Of a stretch of 64,000 nt of DNA, positions 18,031 through 29,819 are shown in pieces. Where the stretch lies: assembly GCF_009914755.1 (NCBI RefSeq), contig NC_060948.1; one strand, written 5' to 3'. Below the pieces are notes generated by a model. The model did no database searches. It was not told the origin of the DNA and saw only the letters and a list, made by a program, of their open reading frames with translations. The DNA is from the human T2T-CHM13v2.0 reference genome, Homo sapiens. Position 1 is the stretch's first letter, and every line of letters starts with the position of its first letter. A program made the position numbers and the translations under genes.

Positions 18031-18196
18031 ATTTTTTGTTGTTGCTTTTTGCGATAGGGCCTTATTCTTTTGCCCAGGTGGGAATATGCTTGTGCAATCA
18101 TAGCTCACTGCAGCTTCAAATACCTTGACTTGACAATTCTCCCACCTTGGCCTCCCAAAATACTGGAATTAGAGGTATAAGCCACCACACTCAGCC
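18030..18196 (-). mobile_element. Alu monomer (FRAM/FLAM or AluJ-derived)
   Basis: Single arm ...atcatagctcactgcagcttc...ctcccaccttggcctcccaaaatactgg...gccaccacactcagcc. Confidence 0.75.
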
Positions 18197-18209
18197 TGTT
18201 GTTTTTTTG

Positions 18210-18527
18210 CTTTCTGTTTTGAAAGTTGAAAAGGATGAATTGCTTCATAATCAACGAAAACACAGTACTTTGAATTGCCCAGAAGACATAACGCACAAGA
18301 ACTCTAAGTTGTATAATTGACTTGTTGACGATCTGGGTAAAGTTCAATTACTTATTAAAATTTGGACTTGGTAACATTCCAAAATTGTCTTTAAATAAAC
18401 TTCTTAAATTGTAACAATACAAAAATGACAAGACAAGACATATTTATACAACATTGAAGTTTATAAAAGCACTTAAAATTTTTCAACTCATATTCTTTTT
18501 TCTTTCTTTCTTCTCTCTTTCTCCCTT

Positions 18528-18618
<91 letters not shown>

Positions 18619-19911
18619 ACAGGGTCTCACTTTTTCTCGAGGGTGGACTGCAATGGTGCCATCATGGCTAACTGAAGTCTGCAGCCTCTCAATCCTGAGC
18701 TCCTTTTATCTTTCTACCTTTGCCTCAGCCACAATACCTGGACAATTTTATTGGTGTGTGAGTGCAGAGATGATGGTTTGCCATGTTGCCTGGGTTCATC
18801 TCAAACCTCTGTGCTGAAGTGATGTGCCTGCTTGACTTCCCAATGTGCTGAGATTATAGGCATTAATAAAACACTTTTTGCATTAGGGTCATTAAAAGTA
18901 AATCAATGTTTCGGCTAAGGTATGAAAATAACTATAATGCAATTTTTTGTATAACTCCATCAATGCTATGGGCAGCCACAACATAAAAATAGTTTTATTA
19001 ACAAGCAACTAAATACATAAAAACACTTGGCAAAATTGTTTAATTGTAGTACATGTTTATTATTTCTAGTTTTCAGCATTTTCTAGATCGTTTTTCATTT
19101 TAAAAATTGTATCCATAGGATAAAGCAAAACCACCTATGAATTGCCATATTTGTTTATTTCTGCATTTGTGAAAATGTCCTCAATTTGTTGACATTGCAA
19201 ACAAATTTCAACTCTGTTATGAAAAAAACAGAAGACAACCTTCTTAGCAATTAATTTTATAGTTACATTTCATACAGTGAATGTACTACCTGTGAAAAAG
19301 TACAAACTCAACTGCTGGTCTTAAACACTGAAAAGAGTTTCCAGTTGATTAAAATGTATTTTATTATATCAATATATTGTATTTATAAAACATCAATTGT
19401 ATTTACATACAATCTAGAAAGTTTACAGCTGTCAGAAATTCTAGTGCAGTTTCAGATGAAATGGGAATTTAAAAATCCCTGTGGAGCTGTAGGTGTAGTA
19501 AAATGTGTAGGTAAAATATGTGCATGCTCTTGACAGTACTTATGAAGGGATGTCTCTCAAACTGACCTCAATGGTTTTCTTCTCAGCAAATTGACCTGGG
19601 CCACTCAACAAGGGTTTCATTATTGCTGATGTCTGTTCATGTTCTTTTATAAAAAAATTATGACTCAAAAGATATTTATATGACATCATGGGGTTAGGGC
19701 TTTCAAAAGCACTGGAAGTTTTCTCTTCTTCATCCATTACGTTTTAAAGTAATTCTACTTTGATTTCTCAGAAACTTGAAGAGTTTCTTGTTAGCCCCAT
19801 AGCCACTGCAGCCAGGTCCCAATGTAGCAGCACAGCCTCAACTCCAAGGCTGTCCCTCCCCCAGCTGCCTGCATCTGTGGCTTCCAGGGCAGGGGGAAAG
19901 ATTCCAGCCTC
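18210..19911 (-). pseudogene. ELOC: Processed pseudogene of Elongin C (ELOC/TCEB1); CDS remnant 19403-19737
   Basis: Minus translation MDEEEKT...[30 protein letters not shown]...SETALEFLTAVNFLDC matches ELOC (MDGEEKT...[24 protein letters not shown]...EIALELLMAANFLDC). Intronless, with a premature stop and indels and UTR-like flanks. Outer limits rest on the candidate TSD ttgtttttttg (18199-18209, 19912-19922) and are less certain. Confidence 0.92.
18495..18862 (-). mobile_element. AluJ-like with (CT)n/(CTTT)n tail
   Basis: Diverged Alu body at 18615-18862, preceded by a polypyrimidine microsatellite derived from the tail. Confidence 0.8.
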
Positions 19912-19991
19912 TTGTTTTTTTGAGAAATAAAATTGTTGTCTTAATTTCATTTTTACATGGTTTATTGCTAGTGAATAGAAATAGATTTTGT

Positions 19992-20286
19992 GGCCGGGTG
20001 CAGTGGGTCACACCTGTAATCTCAGCACTTTAGGAGGCCAAGGCGGGCACACCACCTGAGGTCAGGACTTTGAGACCAGCCTGACCAACATGGAGAAATC
20101 CAGTCTCTACTAGAAATACAAAATTAGCCATGCATGGTGCGGCATGTCTGAATTGCAGCTACTCAGGAGGCTGAGGCAGGATAGCCACTCAAACCCAGGA
20201 AATGGAGGTTGTGGTGAGCCAAGATCATGCCATTGCATTCCACCCTGGGCAACAACAGCATAACGCCATAAAAAGGAAAAAAAAAA
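19992..20286 (+). mobile_element. Alu (AluSp-like)
   Basis: Full dimer with cctgaccaacatggagaaa. Inserted in the L1M. Confidence 0.92.
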
Positions 20287-20954
20287 GATTTCATTTGTTG
20301 AAATTTTCTCCTGTTATTTTGCTTAATTTGTTTACTAGATTTCATAATTTCTAGATGGTTCCTCATGGTTTTCTGTGTATGAGATCTGTGAGTAGTTTTA
20401 CTTTTCTCTTTTGCATATGAATGGTTGTGTGTGTGTAAATATACATATATAAGTATATCTATATAGTTGACCTACTGGGACTTCTAGTAAGGGGTTTAAT
20501 ATAGTTAAGCATCAGTGCAGTGTTCCTCATCTTAAAGCCTTGGTTCTCAACAATTTAGATGATTGTTATGGGTTTTGCATAAAGACGTTTTAGCACGTGA
20601 AAAAAATTTGAACCACAGTTTATTGGATTTTTAATTGTTAAATATGCTGTCTTTACTTTCTGTAAAAGTCGAGACAAACATGGTTCCATCATTTGATTTA
20701 CATAATATATTGAAAAGGGATGGCATTGGAATGGTAAAAATTCTTTGATTTTCTGAGAAAATTTCTTAAATATTGTGGTCTATAATGTCTTCGCTGTGTA
20801 AAAAATTCCATGTACTATTATTTGGTTAAACTTTATGATGTCTATAATTATCAGATTCAGTAATATTTAGTTTTTTATGCTAGTGATATCATATGTTTAA
20901 TTCAATACTCACTTGGGCTTAGAAAGAGGTATGACTGCTTGTATTCTTATGGGT

Positions 20955-23900
20955 ATAAGGGGTTAGAGGTTAGAGTCATAGAGGATGTATTTAAAGTTTT
21001 TTAAGCATAATGGGGTAACCTTAAGGATAGGATAGAAACGGAGGATTAGGATATGGTTTACAATTGCAGAACAACTTCAGTATTAGACTGAGGGTTAACG
21101 CTGGACTTGAGATAAGATTTAGTGCTGTGGTAGGATTACGGTTGCAGTTAGAGTTAAGATTAGGGTTATGGGCTAGGGTTAGGGTTGACTTCAGGGTTAA
21201 GGTTCATAATCAGGGTTAGAGGTTAGGTTTGGGGTTGGGTTATGCTTAGGTTTAGCATAAAAAGCCAGGCTTACAGTTAGAGGTTAGGAATTAGGATCAT
21301 GGCCAGGGTTAGGGTTGGTGTTAAGGGTTAGTGTGAGGGTAAGGGTTAGAGTGTTAGTGTTAGGTTTCAGTGTTTGGGTTAATATTTAGCATTAGGATGG
21401 GGCTTATGGTCATATTCAGAGTTAGGGTTCAGGGTTCAGGGTTAGGGTTCAGGGTTATTGTTAAGGTTAATGTTCATCATTTTTGGCTAGATGTTAGTGT
21501 TAGTGTTGGACATACGATTAGGACTTTGTATTTAGGTTCAGCATGAGAGTGCTGGGTCTGTTTTGAGGTTGAGGTTAGTGGTCATGATTAGGTTTACACT
21601 TAGGTTTGGGTTTACAGTTTAGGACTAGGGTTAGAGTTTAGTGTCAGCGTTTTGTTTATTGTTAGGGTTAGGGGTGAGCATTTATGGTTAGTGTTGGTAT
21701 TATGGTTTTTCTAGAGTTAGGGGCTAAGATTAGGTTTAGGTTTAGGGTTTAGGTTTAATTATGGTTACAGGTTTTGTTTTAGGGCTAGGGTTAGTGTTAA
21801 TGGTTAGGGTTTATGATCTATGGTTAAGGTTATGATTAGGTTCAGTGTTTAGGGTAAGAGTTATTTTTGGGTTTAGTGCCAAGGTTAAGATTATGTTAGA
21901 ATTATGTTCGTTTTACTGTTAGGATAAGGGTATTGGGGTTAGTGTTTAGTCTGAGTTTCAGAGTTATGGGATGCATTTAAAGTTATCTTAAGTGTTTTTG
22001 GGATTTCAGATTTTATAGTTAGAATTAGGGTTAGGTTTAGGTGGTAGTGTAAGGGTTCGCATTACGGTTTGGATTAAGGTTAGGTTTAGGATTCAGAATG
22101 AGGGTTAAAAGTAGGGTGAGCGTTATGTTTAGTGTTAGTGTTATGATTAAAGTGTTTGGTTTAGTGTTAAATTTTAGGGTTAGGGTTTAGTGCTGGTTTA
22201 CAGTTTAACGTTGGGTACCTGGTTGTGGTTTAGTTAGGGTTAGGATGATCTTTAAAGTGTTTGGCTAAAGCATTTGGCTAAAGATTAGGATTAGGGTTAG
22301 TGTTAGGGTTAGAGTAGGGCTTGGGATTGGGTGTTAGTGTTAGAGTTAGGGTTTATGGTTTGGCTAATGTTTAGAGTATTTTTTAGGGTGAGTTTTACAG
22401 TTAGGGTTAGGATTTGGGCTTAGGAATCTCTGTTTAGAGTAAGGTAAGGTTTATGTTTATATTTGGGGTTGTGTTCATGAAGGTGTAGGGTTAACGGTAA
22501 AAGCTTTAGGAATAGTGGTAAGGGTTGGGCATACATTTGGTGTTGGTGTTAGTGTTGAAGTTAGGGTTAGGATTTGGGGTAGGTATTAGGGATTGAGTTT
22601 TCTGTTAGTGTTAGGGTTTAGGATTAGTGTTAGGGATTAGCGTTTGTGTTAGTGTTACAGTTAGCGACTAAGGTTTAGTTTAGCATTTAGGGTTAGGGTT
22701 TTGGTTAATGGTTAGGATTATGGGTTATGATTACAATTTATGAAATGATTAGGATTATGGTTAGGTTTTAGTTTTAGAGACATGGTTTAGGCTTATTTTT
22801 AGGGATGGGTTTAGAGTTAGGTTACTTTTAGTGTTAAAGTTCAGGATTTACGATTTTACAGTTAGGATTGGTGTTATTGTTAGGGTTATGTGTTGAGCTT
22901 ATGGTTAGGTTCACTTCTTCAGTGTTTCATTGTTAGCATTAAGATTACTTATAAAAATAAGAGATTGGCTTTGGGTTAAGGTTTCAAGGTTAGTTTTAGA
23001 GTTAAGTTAGGGTTAGTATTTAGGGTAAGGATTACCTTTAGGTTACCAGATAGAGTAAGTTTTAGGGTTAGGGCTAGAGGATATGGGTTAAAATTTAGGG
23101 TTAGGGTTAGCTTTAGGATATAGAATTTGTGTCAGGGGTTAGTGTTAGGGTTGGTGTTTAGTGTTACTGTTCGTGTTTTCATTGGGCTTGTTGATATGGT
23201 TCTGTTGGTGTTATAGAAAGGAGATGGTGTTAGAATTAGGATTATGTTTAGAATTATTGTTTAATGTTACTGTTAACATTAGGGTAGGAGTAGGTTATGC
23301 TTTAGGGTTATAGTTATCGTTAGTGTTTAAATTTAGATTAAGGGGTTAAGGTTATGTTTAGAATTATGATTACAGTTAGGGTTATGATTATTGGTTAGAA
23401 TTAGGGTTAGGGTTTGCATCAGGGTACAAATTGGGTAACACATTAGGGTTAGAGTTAATGTTACTATTTAGGCTTAGGGTTAGGGGTTATGGTTAGGTGT
23501 AGGGTTAGGGTTGGGCTAAAGATTAATGTTAGGATTAGGGTTTGGGTTTTATGTAACAGCTAGGTTTAGGTTTTGGGTAGGTGTAGGGTTAGGGTTGTAA
23601 TAAGAGTTCTAGGATTGGACTTAGGGTTTAGTATTAGACTTAATATGAGTGTTATGTTCCTGTTCAGAAAGCAGGTTTAGGAGCTAGAATTTAGGACTAG
23701 GTGTTAGGTGTTGTGGTTAGTGTTAGGGGTAATATTTTAGGGTTAACATTAGCTTTTAATGGATAGAGATAGGGTTTTTTGTTTAGGATTAGTGTTTTTG
23801 TCTTAGGGTTAGGGCTTTAGGGTTAGGGTTTTAGTCTTAGGGTTTAAGTTCATGTTTATGTAATGTTTGGATTACCCTTGGGTTAGGGTTATTATCAGGG

Positions 23901-24110
23901 TCAGGGTCAAATTCAGGTTTAGCTGTTAGAGTTAGGATTTAGAGTTGGGATTTGTTTTGGGGCTTCGGTTTTGGTGAGTGGTTAGGCATAGGGTTGATGT
24001 TGGGGTCAAGTTTGAGGCTTGAGGTTGCTGTTAGTGTTAGGGATCCTGGATTAGGATTAGGGGTAGAAGCAGGGTTAAGGTTAATGTTATGATTAAGTTT
24101 AGGTTTAGGG
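20955..24110 (+). repeat. Degenerate interstitial telomeric repeat (TTAGGG)n, ~3.1 kb
   Basis: Continuous hexamer periodicity with ttaggg, ttagtg, ttatgg, tcaggg and ttagag variants, and short perfect runs such as ttagggttagggttag. G-rich strand is + throughout. Confidence 0.93.
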
Positions 24111-25182
24111 AGGCACTGGGCAGCTGGGTACTGTATTAGGTCATCAATCTGGTTTGCAGAAGGGAGGACTAAGACTTGCACCCAGAACTTTTCTGTGTCT
24201 GAGCGCAGGGCCATCTTAATGCTCCTTGTAGAGCCTAGTAGATTTGGAGCAGAAAGGAAGCTGCTTTCTGAGGCCACAGCTTTTCTAAATGTCAACCCAG
24301 AGTTGACCAAATCCACAGTAGTTTGTTTTTGAGTGTGATAGGTGTTTTGAGGTAGTCTCTGGAAGGCCCAAAGGAAGGGAAGGTAGTGACAGCTTACACC
24401 ACAGATACAGTTTGGTAAACCTTAGAGGTAACAGTGGAAATAATTAAATGCTGGTGGCCAAGCAGCCACAAGTGGAGCTCTGTGTACCAGCCATAAGTGG
24501 AGACTGACTTGGCACATTCTCCTGCACCAGCAGGAGAAAGCAACCTGCAGATTCTGACTCCAGTCTCTAGCGCTACAGTTGCGTGAGATGTGGAATGACA
24601 GCAGAATTTAAAATCAGCAGAATTCCAAGGTGTTTGGCCTATTAAATCCTGGAAAGGCTGTTGAGATTGATGGTTGTGGCAGTTCCTGTCTCAAGAGGGA
24701 GGCTGAGGCCCGTGACTGGTGAGCCTGGTTCATGTGGCCTGGTATGACTGGGCTAAATGTTGTGGCCACTTCCATACTTTACAGTCCTTGTTGTAGCACA
24801 TATGAGCTGTGCTCCTCCCTCCAGGCCTGTGTCCATTAGGGGCCACAGGGATCAGGTTCCCAGGGCATGAAGCTCTCCTTTGTCTGGGAGCTGAGACCAG
24901 GTTGGCTCCAGGCAGGTGCCCAGTGAGGACTGAATATAGGGGATGCATGAGAAGAGGGAGAGAAGTCCCCCGAATCACATGCTCTCCTTGTTGAAACAGC
25001 TAGATTGTGAAAAAATCCACTCTACAAACATGGGCTCACTTTTCTATTCACTGCTGTAGTTGAGACTGGGCAGAGGCTGCCACAACCACTGTGGTCCCTG
25101 GCACTTGCCTACCCTCTCCACTTGGCTGTCCTGACCCTTCCTCTTGCTCCGCCAACTCTTATGCCTCCTGCCCCTTTTAACC

Positions 25183-25900
25183 TCATGGAAATGCAAGTCA
25201 AAACCACAGTAAGATATCACTTCACATCCATTATAATTCCAAAAAACAAACAAACAAACAAAAGCTAACAGTTGTTGAAAGGAAGTGGGAAAATTTGAAA
25301 GTAAAATGCTTCCACTGCTGTGGGAAGTAGTTTGGTGGTTCTGCAAGTGCTAAATATAAAATTACCAAAGAACGCAGAAAATCCACTCCAAGCTATACAC
25401 ACAAAATGTAAAACAGGTATTCAAACAAAAGCTGTATACATATGTTCATAGCAGCATTCACAATAACTAAAATGTGGAAAGAAACCAAATAAATATTCAC
25501 CAACAAAAAGTAAGAAGCAAAATGTAGTATATCCATACAATGGCATAATGTTCAGCTGTAAAAAGGATTACAACACTAATGCTACAATGTGGAGAAATTT
25601 CAAAACCATTTTGATTTAAGAAGTTGAAGACAAAATTCACATACTGTATGATTTTATTTATATAAAATTTAGAATAGGTAAATCCATAGAGACAAAAAGC
25701 AGATTACTGGTTGCTAGGTGTCAGAAAGAGGACAGATTGGGTAGTAGCTCCTTAATAGGTAGGGTTTTTTCTTTTCTGGATGATGAAAACAGTTTGGAAC
25801 TTAGAGGTGGTTGTTGCATACAAATGTGCATGTCCTAAGGATCACTAAAGAATTCATTAAGAAACAGTTAATTTTATATTATGTGAAGGAACTTCACCTC
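25183..25900 (+). mobile_element. L1MB-type 3' end
   Basis: ggaaatgcaagtcaaaaccacagtaagatatcacttcac...aataggtaaatccatagagacaaaaagcagatt. Confidence 0.8.
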
Positions 25901-26048
25901 ACTAAAAAGACAAAACTTCTTCCTCAGCATTCCACAGAGTGCTCTCAGAATGGGGTTCTGGTCCCTCCACAGTCCAGAACTGCCTGGGGCCAGGCCCACC
26001 ACATACTAGGCATGTACTCCAGCCACACTGTCCACCAGCTCCTCGACC

Positions 26049-26265
26049 TGTTACCAGTGAAAGTATCTGTTACTGCTGTCAAATCTATCATGGTCTGCAG
26101 TAACATCAACTCTTGCCTCCTCAGAAGAAAGAATTTGGCTGAGGGGAATAAAGTAGCAAAAGAGACTGAGAAAAGTTTCACAGCAAACGTGGATGTTTAT
26201 TTAAAAAGTTTTAGCGTAAGAAAAAATGGAAAGTGCAGTTGGAAGAGATCCAAGTGGGTGACTGG
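26049..26265 (-). mobile_element. ERV1 LTR fragment (MER50-like)
   Basis: tgttaccagtg...tcttgcctcctcagaagaaagaatttggctgagggg...ttggaagagatccaag matches the recalled MER50 end. Confidence 0.7.
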
Positions 26266-26279
26266 AATATATAACATAC

Positions 26280-27505
26280 ATAAGACTTGCAAATATTTTG
26301 TCCCATGCTGTTGGTTTCCTTTTAACTAGACAGTGTCCTTTGATGCACCAAAGTGTTTAGTTTTGATGAAATTCGATTGATCTATCTTTTCTTTTGTTTT
26401 ATGTTCATTCAGTGATAAAGCCAAGAAATCATTTACAAATCCACAGCCAATAAACACCTAAACCACCATGGGATTACCACTTTATCCCCATTGGAATATC
26501 TATTTTTGTTAAGGAAAAGTTTGAGAGTATGTGGAGAAATTGGAACCCTTATACATTGCCAGTGAGAATGAGAAATTGTGGTAACGGTTGCACAGTGTGA
26601 GCATAGTTAATGCTACTGAACTATACATTCAAAGATGTTTGAAATGGTAAATTTGTTTATGTATGTTTTATCACATTCAACAAAAGCTTCCTCAGAAGTT
26701 GTCCTAAAATAGTTACATGTGTGATGAAAGAAGACACTCCTCTCTTATCATGAGTAGAAGCCTATTTAGTTATTCATGCTGTTATACACATTCCTAGCTC
26801 TTCCGCACGACCAGCATGATCTCATCAAGCAGAATGAGTCCCTTCTCACCCAGCCCATTTGTGTTTCTTTCCATCATTGCATTCTCCTATTCAACTCACT
26901 ACCTGCCTGCTACAAACCACTGTAAATTACAAATCTATTTACCGTTTCTGTAGACATTTCTTCTCTGTAATGCAACAGAAATGAAATCACACAATATGTC
27001 ATCTCCTCAGAGTGGCTTTTATCACTTAGCTTTATGTATACCTGATGCTTCCATGGCTTTGCATGACTTCATAAATCACTCTTTTTCTTTTAATGAATAG
27101 TATCACATTTTATGAATTTATCTGGCTTGGTTAATATTGAAGGGTATCCTGTTTCCTTAAAGTATTTGGCCATTGTCAAGAGAGCAGTTATACATAAATG
27201 CATGTGGTTTTTGGTTAGATGCGAGTTTCCAAATCTGTTGTCTAAATACCTAAGTGTGCAATTGTTAGCCTATATGATGAGATCATGTTTTCCTTTGGAA
27301 AAAACTGCCAAACTGTGGCAGAAGAAAACAGCCATATTTTAAGGTTGTTGTACAATTATGCATTCCATCAGCAATGAATGAGATTTTCTGTTGCAGTTTT
27401 GATTATATTTAAAAAGATATTTAGACATAGTATAGCTGTTTAGTGCTCTCATTCTTATGTTAATTTGCCTTCCCCAGATGACAATTGTTGTTAAGCATTA
27501 TTTTG
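26280..27505. mobile_element. Patchwork of old L1M fragments in mixed orientation; the last minus piece resumes at ~28960-29130
   Basis: L1 3' motifs: gtggagaaattggaacccttatacattgcc (+) and cattccatcagcaatgaatgag (-). Confidence 0.65.
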
Positions 27506-28295
27506 CTGTTATTGCTTGTTCATTAATCTATGATTGCTGCCAAAAAACATGCATGTATTGTGCCACAGAAAATCAATTTTTAAAAACACATTATAAGCTC
27601 TACTTGGTAAAAACTCAGAACATTATGCTGGTCCACATAGTCATTTATCCTGCTATTTTTTCTAATTTTATGGTTACTACAATAAAATAGTGAACTGCAG
27701 CTACTAAGACAACGTGGTGTATTAGTGTGATGCTTCACTTTGTTGAGATCTCTTTCAATCAAATTATTTCTTTACAGATGTCAGGGGAGCAACAGGAATT
27801 TCTAGAGCACAAGCTAGTTTCTGTTGGAATTGACAAAAAGCTCTGATTTCAACTTCAGTACCTATCTTGCAGTGTTGAATCATTGACAAAGATTAGAACT
27901 ATGAAGGTTTTGGTTCTTAAATCTGCTTCTACAAAAGTAAGCCAAAATTTGAAATCACATGTGTTTGGTCTGTTAGTTTTTCATCTTTCACAAAACATTC
28001 CACTGTATCAGAATGAAATTTGAAGACTGAGATTCATTTAATAATGGTTTACTAACTTTTGTCTCTTTTTGCATTTAGACGTCACAAATAAAACATCTGA
28101 TAATTTCAGCAGTACACATTTTAAATAACAAAAGCCAGAAAGAATGATAGATGAAATTAATTCCAGGAATTTATAATGACTTGTTATTTGGTTTTTACTT
28201 ATTGCTGTCACTGTGTTTTCTATCTTCAGCATACTAAAATAATAATGAATTCTACCAATCATTCTAAAATAACTGCCTAATAAAGCAATTGAATA

Positions 28296-28613
28296 GTTTT
28301 GTTTGTTTGTTTTTGTTTGTTTGTTTGTTTGAGATGGAGTCTCACTCTGTTCCCATGGCTGGAGTGCAATGGCGTGATCTAGGCTCTGGTAATGTCAGCT
28401 TTCCGGGTTCATGCAATTCTCCTGTCTCAGCCTCCTGGAGATCAGGGATTACAGGAGTCCACCACCACTCCTGGCTAATTTTTTATATTTTTAGTAGAGA
28501 GCTTGTTTCATCATGTCGATCAGGATGATCTCAAATACCTGACCTAAGGACATCCACTTGGCTTAGCCTCCTAAAGTGCTCAGATTACAGGTGCAAGCCA
28601 CCATCTCTGGCCA
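28296..28613 (-). mobile_element. Alu (AluS-like) with (TTTG)n tail
   Basis: gagatggagtctcactctgtt...gccaccatctctggcc. Confidence 0.9.
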
Positions 28614-29144
28614 AGCCCATTATTTTATCTCTTTATGGGACAAGTGTAGGTTGAAAACTGTCTTTTCTAATACTTGCCAAGGCCTCAAGATTGTTACAAT
28701 AAAAATAAAACTTCCAACCAAAGGATACTTGTTGGCATAGATAAAATTAAGAAAACCTGAGAAAGAAAACAGCCAGCTTCTGGCTGTTTCCTGGAGATCA
28801 TGCCTAATGTCTGGGGAACGCTTGCACCCTGGAGGAAGGGTAGAGCTGGGGTAGGTTGGAATAGTCTTTGGAGCCACTGCCACTCTGGCAGCCACTGTTG
28901 TTCCTCAGAAAATGGCTTGGAGCTTCAGCCTTCAGCAGATGAAACAGGGGCTTAGCGATCAGTATTTCGTTTGCCTGTTTTCCATCTCCATATCTTGTTT
29001 GGTGAGGTATCTATTCAGGTCTTTACCTATTAATTGGGTCAACTTATTTCTTTGTATATTTCGCATGAAAGTCACTTTTCAGATATGTTTCCTAGACTTT
29101 TCTCAGCCCGCATCTTATTTTTTGGTTCTTCTAATTGAATCATA

Positions 29145-29382
29145 TTTTTTGTTTTGTTTTGTTCCTTTTTTACTTTTTTGTTTTTTGCTTTTTTTGAGAT
29201 GGAGCCTCACTCTGTCACCCAGGCTGGGGTGGAAAGGCATGATTTTGGCCCAATGCAACATCTGTCTCCCGGGTGTAAGGGATTCTTCTGTCTCAGCCTC
29301 CTGAGTAATTGAATTACATATGCCTTCCAACAAGCCCATCTATTTTTTTTTTTTTTTTTTTTTTGGATTTTAATAGCGACAA
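29145..29382 (-). mobile_element. Alu right arm and linker, truncated by the ERV LTR
   Basis: The Alu arm ends at tttaatagcgacaa, directly abutting the LTR terminal tg. The rest of the left arm is not found in the window. Confidence 0.8.
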
Positions 29383-29819
29383 TGTGGCAGTCAGTTACTA
29401 TAGGATGAAATGAAGGGGAGTGAATGCAGAAATGAAGACAAAGACAAAAAAGTTCTGTTTTAAAAGAAGAGTCAGGGGGCTTATTCCTTCCAGGGAGCAA
29501 AGGTCCTGAGCTTCTACAGGACTTCGTATTGACTAGGCAGAATCAATAGGGAGGAAAGGTAATTATTGGTCAGCTGCTCGATTTATCGCAATCTCACGTA
29601 CTTGCTTGCTTTATACTACAGGCTTCAGTTGTTCCTGTATATAAAACCACAAGGAAAGCTGTGCTTGGGGCATGACTGCCCTCAGCATTCCTTCTGGCAC
29701 CAGAGGTGGTGTATCAGTTTGCCAACATCCTGCTTTCATGAGAAGAGTTTGCTGTCTGCTCATAGACTCTCCAGTCATTACTGAATTGGTCACAACCCTC
29801 ATTCTTTTGACCTCCAACG
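29383..29819 (-). mobile_element. 3' LTR of a class II (HERV-K superfamily) provirus, LTR3/HML-6-like
   Basis: Minus strand begins (c)gttggaggtcaaaagaatgagggttgtgacc and ends in ca. Polypurine tract aaaaaggaggaga lies immediately upstream (29820-29832). Confidence 0.75.

Noticed and set aside
20955-24110. Telomere-telomere fusion site like 2q13
   Set aside because: All repeats face one way, with no inverted CCCTAA block.
23939-24316. 125-aa Pro/Asn-rich ORF
   Set aside because: Its C-terminal half is translated (CCCTAA)n-like repeat, with no sign of a real gene.
27780-28040. Weak resemblance to PCMTD1 (FHSDTVEC vs LHSDVVEY; VAPL vs FAPL)
   Set aside because: Too few identities and inconsistent spacing to name the parent, so it is kept as an unidentified retrocopy candidate.
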